Origin: Gemmatimonadales bacterium
GTDB lineage: Bacteria; Gemmatimonadota; Gemmatimonadetes; Gemmatimonadales; GWC2-71-9
DNA length: 50,831 nt
Assembly: GCA_038216165.1 (NCBI GenBank)
Contig: JBBQQJ010000001.1
Coordinates: 1-50,831 of the forward strand
Direction: 5' to 3'
Part shown: positions 46,765 to 50,831 of the stretch, piece by piece
Position numbering within the stretch: position 1 is the first letter of the stretch
Layout: every line of letters starts with the position of its first letter
Translations under genes and position numbers: made by a program
Notes under the pieces: model-generated
Told to the model about the DNA's origin: nothing
Database searches by the model: none
Seen by the model: the letters and a program-made list of their open reading frames with translations, nothing else

Positions 46765-49758
46765 ATGATGACCACCCGAGCGCCCGCCGACCCAATTCAC
46801 GCCTTCCTGGCCAAGGAATCGCGCGAGGGTGTGTTGGTATTGGACAGCGAGGGGCGCATCCTTGAGGCGAATGCCGCATTTGTCACACGCTGTGGACGCC
46901 CCACGGACGAGATCCTGGGCGCCACTGTCGACAGTGTCCTCGCAACGGGCGAGACCGCGGACGCCTTTGAATCCGCCCACCACCTGCTTCGCGACCACAC
47001 CGGCCACGCCCATCCGGTCGAATTGCGGATCGCCGAACTCCCGGGCGGCGGACGCGTGGTGATGGTGCAGGAGCTGACCCCCCGCCGAGCGGAGGCGGAT
47101 CTGCGGGAGCGCGACCACAGCTTCCGCGAGACAATGCAGGCCGCACGGGTCGCAGTCTGGGAAATGCATCAGACGACCGGGGAGCTGACGGTCTCGGAGG
47201 TGCACCGGGAGCTGTTTGGCCTCGGACCGAACGATGCACTCCCGACCACGATCGCCGAGTTGCGGGCCATGGTCCACCCGGACGACCGAGGCGAGATGAT
47301 CGCCCGCCGGGAGGGCCTGTCGGCCACCCCCGGTGACGGGCCCGTGCCGTTCGAGGCGGAGTATCGGATCATCACGCCCGCAGGCGACGTCCGCTGGATG
47401 CGCACGCGCGGCGAACTGCGGCGGCGTGCGGCGGACGACCCCGGCATCGTCCGAGCAGTCACCCGGGAGATCACCACCGAGATCAAGATGCGCTTCGCGC
47501 TGGCCGAGAGCGAGGAGCGCTTCCGGTCCGCCTTCGATACCTCGCCGATCGGCAAGGTCATCCTCACCACCACTGGCGAGACCGTGCGGGTCAATGCGGC
47601 CCTGGCCACCATAGTTGGCTACGACATGCCGACGCTCGGCACGATGCGCTGGACCGACCTCGTGCATCCCGACGATCGTGCAGTCATGACCACCAACTTC
47701 GCCCGGCTCCTGTCGGGCGAGGTGCCCGCGGCGCGCGCCGAGCGGCGGCTCGTGCATCGCGACGGGTCGGTGGTCGACGTCAGCATCACCAGCTCCGCCC
47801 TGCACGACGCGACGGGTGCGGTGCAGACGGCCTTCGTGCTGGTGGAGGACATCACCGCGGCCAAGGCGATGCGCCGGGCGCGCGAGGAGAGCGAACAGCG
47901 GCTCGAGTTGGTGCTCGACGCCACTCGCGACGGGATCTGGGACTGGGACGTGGCCACCGGCAATGCCTACTTCGGTCCGCAGTGGTTCGGGATGCTCGGC
48001 TACCCGGCCGAGGGGTCCTGGGCGGGTCCTGATGTCTTCATCGACTTGATCCATCCAGAGGATCGGCCCGGCGTGTGGGCGGCCAACGAACGCCAGATCT
48101 TCGACCCGGCGGCGCCGGACTACGACCACATCTTCCGGATGCGTCGGGCCGATGGCACCTGGGCCTGGATCCGCTCTCGCGGAAGCGCGGTCGTTCGCGA
48201 CGCCGACGGTCGGGCGACGCGCATCGTGGGGACACACAACAACGTCTCCGCGCAAATGGAAGCCGACATCGCGCGACGGCGCAGCGAGGAACGCTTCGGC
48301 CTCGTCGTCGAGGCGCTCCAGGACGGCATCTGGGACCACAATCTGGAGACCGGGCGCGGCTACATCTCGCCGCGCTACTTCGGCATGCTCGGGTACCCGC
48401 CGCGGGATGAGGCAAGCTACGAGGACTTTCTGCAGCTCGTCCACCCGGACGATCTCGCGGACGTCATCGCCGCGAACAGCAGGCAGATCGACGACCCCGA
48501 GGCCGAACCGTACGACATCGAGCTGCGGATGCTGCGCGCCGATGGCACCTGGGCACGGATCCGCGCACGCGGGCGCGTGGTCGAGCGTGCCCCGGATGGT
48601 CGGCCGCTCCGCGCCATCGGCGCCCACACCGACGTGACGGCCCAGCGCTCCCTCGAGGAGCAGTTCCGCCAGTCCCAGAAGATGGAGGCGATCGGCAAGC
48701 TCGCCGGCGGGCTGGCCCACGACTTCAACAACCTGCTCACGGCGATCACGGCGACGACCGGTATCCTCCTCGAGGATCTTCCCGACGCGGACCCGTCACG
48801 GGCCGACCTCGAGCAGATCGCCAGGGCGGCCAACCGCGGCACCACGATCACCCGGCAACTCCTCGCCTTCTCCCGTCAGGAAGTGGAGCGCCTGCAGGTC
48901 GTCGGGCTCGACGAGGCGGTCGCGCAGGCCACCCCGCTGCTGCACCGATTGCTCTCCCCCGGGCAGTCCCTCACCATCAGCGGCAACACCCACCATGCCG
49001 CCGTGCAGATCGATCCGGCCCAGCTCGAGCTGGCCCTGCTCAACCTCGTGGCCAACGCCCGGGACGCGATGCTGGCGGGCGGCGTGGTCACCCTCCGGAC
49101 GCGTCGCGGCACCGGCACCGCGGCCGGGATGGTGCTGCTGGAGGTGGCCGACACCGGGACGGGAATGGATGCCACGGTCCGGACCCGGTTGTTCGAGCCC
49201 TTCTTCACCACGAAGCCGCAGGGGGAAGGCACCGGACTCGGCCTGCCGACCGTCTATGGCTTCGTGCAGCGGATGGGCGGGACGATTCAGGTCGAGAGCA
49301 CCCCGGGAAAGGGGAGCTGCTTCACCCTGACACTGCCGGTGGTCACGGCAGCGGAGACTGCGCGGCCAGCGGCACCGCGCAACGCCATCGCGGCCCCCCG
49401 GAAGGTGCACCGGATCCTCGTGGTGGACGACGACGACGTGGTGCGGCAGACCACCAGTCGGCTGCTGCGACGGCACGGCTACGAGGTCCTCGAAGCCCCG
49501 GGGGCCGACGCGGCAAGCGCGCTCTTGGGAGGCGCCGAGACGACGGTGGATGTGGTGCTCAGCGATTACGCGATGCCCGGCCGGACCGGAGAGGCGTTGC
49601 TCCGGGAAGTCGTCGCACGCCATCCCGCCGTACGTGGGGTGTTGATGTCGGGCTTTGCCGAAGATGGTTTCGTCCGGCAGGCGATCGCCGGGCACCAGAT
49701 CGCCTTCCTCGCCAAGCCCTTCACGCTCGACGAGCTGGTCCGGGCCGTCGAGGGGTAA
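46765..49758 (+). CDS. Multi-PAS hybrid sensor histidine kinase with C-terminal receiver
   Basis: Preferred start is ATGATG at 46765. Several PAS/PAC repeats recur (WEM/WDW...P.Y/F...LG...HPDD...R.DG.WAWIR). H-box [16 protein letters not shown]. HATPase motifs (DTGTGM, GTGLGL). Receiver domain ([10 protein letters not shown]...DYAMPG...AKPF). Confidence 0.9.
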   Translation: MMTTRAPADPIHAFLAKESREGVLVLDSEGRILEANAAFVTRCGRPTDEILGATVDSVLATGETADAFESAHHLLRDHTGHAHPVELRIAELPGGGRVVMVQELTPRRAEADLRERDHSFRETMQAARVAVWEMHQTTGELTVSEVHRELFGLGPNDALPTTIAELRAMVHPDDRGEMIARREGLSATPGDGPVPFEAEYRIITPAGDVRWMRTRGELRRRAADDPGIVRAVTREITTEIKMRFALAESEERFRSAFDTSPIGKVILTTTGETVRVNAALATIVGYDMPTLGTMRWTDLVHPDDRAVMTTNFARLLSGEVPAARAERRLVHRDGSVVDVSITSSALHDATGAVQTAFVLVEDITAAKAMRRAREESEQRLELVLDATRDGIWDWDVATGNAYFGPQWFGMLGYPAEGSWAGPDVFIDLIHPEDRPGVWAANERQIFDPAAPDYDHIFRMRRADGTWAWIRSRGSAVVRDADGRATRIVGTHNNVSAQMEADIARRRSEERFGLVVEALQDGIWDHNLETGRGYISPRYFGMLGYPPRDEASYEDFLQLVHPDDLADVIAANSRQIDDPEAEPYDIELRMLRADGTWARIRARGRVVERAPDGRPLRAIGAHTDVTAQRSLEEQFRQSQKMEAIGKLAGGLAHDFNNLLTAITATTGILLEDLPDADPSRADLEQIARAANRGTTITRQLLAFSRQEVERLQVVGLDEAVAQATPLLHRLLSPGQSLTISGNTHHAAVQIDPAQLELALLNLVANARDAMLAGGVVTLRTRRGTGTAAGMVLLEVADTGTGMDATVRTRLFEPFFTTKPQGEGTGLGLPTVYGFVQRMGGTIQVESTPGKGSCFTLTLPVVTAAETARPAAPRNAIAAPRKVHRILVVDDDDVVRQTTSRLLRRHGYEVLEAPGADAASALLGGAETTVDVVLSDYAMPGRTGEALLREVVARHPAVRGVLMSGFAEDGFVRQAIAGHQIAFLAKPFTLDELVRAVEG

Positions 49759-49761
49759 CCG

Positions 49762-50831
49762 TCACCGCCGGCGCGGCACCCCGCGCACCGCCGTGGCCGT
49801 GAGCGGGTCCTCCGGCCAGTGGTGTCGGGGGTAGCGTCCGCGCAACTCCCGCCGCACATCGGCATAGCCGCTGCGCCAGAACGAGGCGAGGTCGCGCGTC
49901 ACCTGCACGGGCCGATACCCGGGCGAGAGCAGGTGCATCACCACCGGTACCACCCCATCGAGCACACGCGGCGTGGCATGCATCCCGAAGCACTCCTGGA
50001 GGCGCACGGCGAGCACAGGCGCGTGCGGGTCCGTGTAGTCCACGGTGATGCGCGATCCCGTGGGCACCTCGATTCGGTCCGGGGCGAGGCGGTCCAGCGC
50101 GGCGCGGCGCTCCCACGACAACTCCGCCAGCAAGGTAGCCGCCAGGTCCACGCGGGCCAGATCCTCCCACCGCGCGACTCCGTCGAGGAACGGGCCGAGC
50201 CACGTCGCGAGCCGCTCCAGCAGTGCGGCGTCCGACACATCGGGCCAACTGGCGTGGTGGGCATGAACACAGCGCAGCCGGTCCCGTGTGCGTCCCCCCC
50301 CCTCGGACCACGGCAGGGCGTGCACCCCCTCGGTGCGGATGCCCTCGAGCATGGCGCGGCGCAGCGCCTCAGGCGCCGGGCGCGCGAGCGCGCGTGCGTC
50401 CACCGTGATCGCCCCGAGTCGGGTCACCCGCCGCGACGCCACTCGCCGGCGCTCCGCATCCCAGCCGGTGTCGTCGGTCACGGTCCCTGCCGCCGCCACC
50501 AGCGCGGCCGCCGCGGCCGCCTCCAGCGGCGCCGCGAGCTGGATCCGCCCCTCGCGGCCGGTGTCATCCACGGCCACCGCCACCAGCCACTCCTCCCGGG
50601 CGAGCGGATCCCCAGCCGGCAGGGTTGCCCCGCGACCGTTCCGCAGCAGGAACCGGCCCGCCTCCACCCGGCGCCGCGCCACGCGGTCGGGATAGGCGAG
50701 CGCGAGCAGGGTCCCCACCTCCGCCGCCTCCCCGGGATCCGGTGCCGGCGCGCCAACCCGCTGGCGCCACCGTTCGGCGGCCTCGCGCACGCGCGCGGCC
50801 CCCGCACCGTCAATCGGAATCCCGGCCGCAC
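49762..50831 (-). CDS. hrpB: ATP-dependent helicase HrpB, C-terminal part (5' end beyond window)
   Basis: The frame is open to the window end. The C-terminal HrpB-specific region reads RLQECFGMHATPRVLDGVVPVVMHLLSPGYRPVQVTRDLASFWRSGYADVRRELRGRYPRHHWPEDPL. The stop is 3 nt from the convergent kinase stop. Confidence 0.85.
   Translation of the reverse strand, partial: AAGIPIDGAGAARVREAAERWRQRVGAPAPDPGEAAEVGTLLALAYPDRVARRRVEAGRFLLRNGRGATLPAGDPLAREEWLVAVAVDDTGREGRIQLAAPLEAAAAAALVAAAGTVTDDTGWDAERRRVASRRVTRLGAITVDARALARPAPEALRRAMLEGIRTEGVHALPWSEGGGRTRDRLRCVHAHHASWPDVSDAALLERLATWLGPFLDGVARWEDLARVDLAATLLAELSWERRAALDRLAPDRIEVPTGSRITVDYTDPHAPVLAVRLQECFGMHATPRVLDGVVPVVMHLLSPGYRPVQVTRDLASFWRSGYADVRRELRGRYPRHHWPEDPLTATAVRGVPRRR

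Noticed and set aside
49756-49764. Convergent histidine-kinase and hrpB stops only 3 nt apart
   Set aside because: This is unusual packing with no room for terminators, but such tail-to-tail abutment is common in compact GC-rich genomes. There is nothing further to test from the sequence.

Overview
GC-rich bacterial chromosomal segment; third codon positions are mostly G/C. Signal peptides ending in ...AAQ and the gene content suggest a Gemmatimonadota-like soil organism, but that is inference only. I call about 46 protein-coding genes, tightly packed and often joined by 4-nt ATGA/GTGA stop-start overlaps. I see no rRNA, tRNA, CRISPR array, transposase, integrase or phage genes. Most long ORFs in the supplied track are antisense or out-of-frame shadows typical of high-GC DNA. 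One real gene, a Ser/Thr kinase at 1-1095 (-), is missing from the track because it runs off the window edge. Gene content in order: Ser/Thr kinase; outer-membrane barrel plus lipoprotein hydrolase; cupin; SDR; copper amine oxidase; GGDEF cyclase; serine hydrolase; YoaK-GNAT fusion; VOC protein; M14 carboxypeptidase. Then three tandem amidohydrolases plus a Tat-exported protein; FKBP-MsrB-DEAD helicase-DUF1080-YiiX; DUF1761/DUF4442/nitronate monooxygenase; TonB-dependent receptor plus esterase. Then a TetR-TolC-MFP-RND efflux operon, divergently paired with the most interesting locus at 37134-42549. That locus is a translationally coupled operon of an esterase, two ATP-grasp-type ligases, a YbdK/GCS2 ligase, a C26 gamma-glutamyl hydrolase and CrcB, with no obvious known product. 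The window ends with a DUF5916/CBM9-like protein, a class-A beta-lactamase-like protein, a small OM barrel, a multi-PAS hybrid histidine kinase and the 3' part of hrpB. The second notable theme is non-coding. Heptanucleotide-periodic arrays (GTGAGGG / GTGAACG / GATGTTG / GTCGTAG types) abut stop codons at several gene ends. A roughly 125-nt long-hairpin repeat family has three copies flanking the M14 gene. A 151-bp element is bounded by inverted hairpins. There is also a (CCCAA)7.8 microsatellite. All family assignments come from motifs read by eye and need HMM confirmation. Start codons are approximate where noted.
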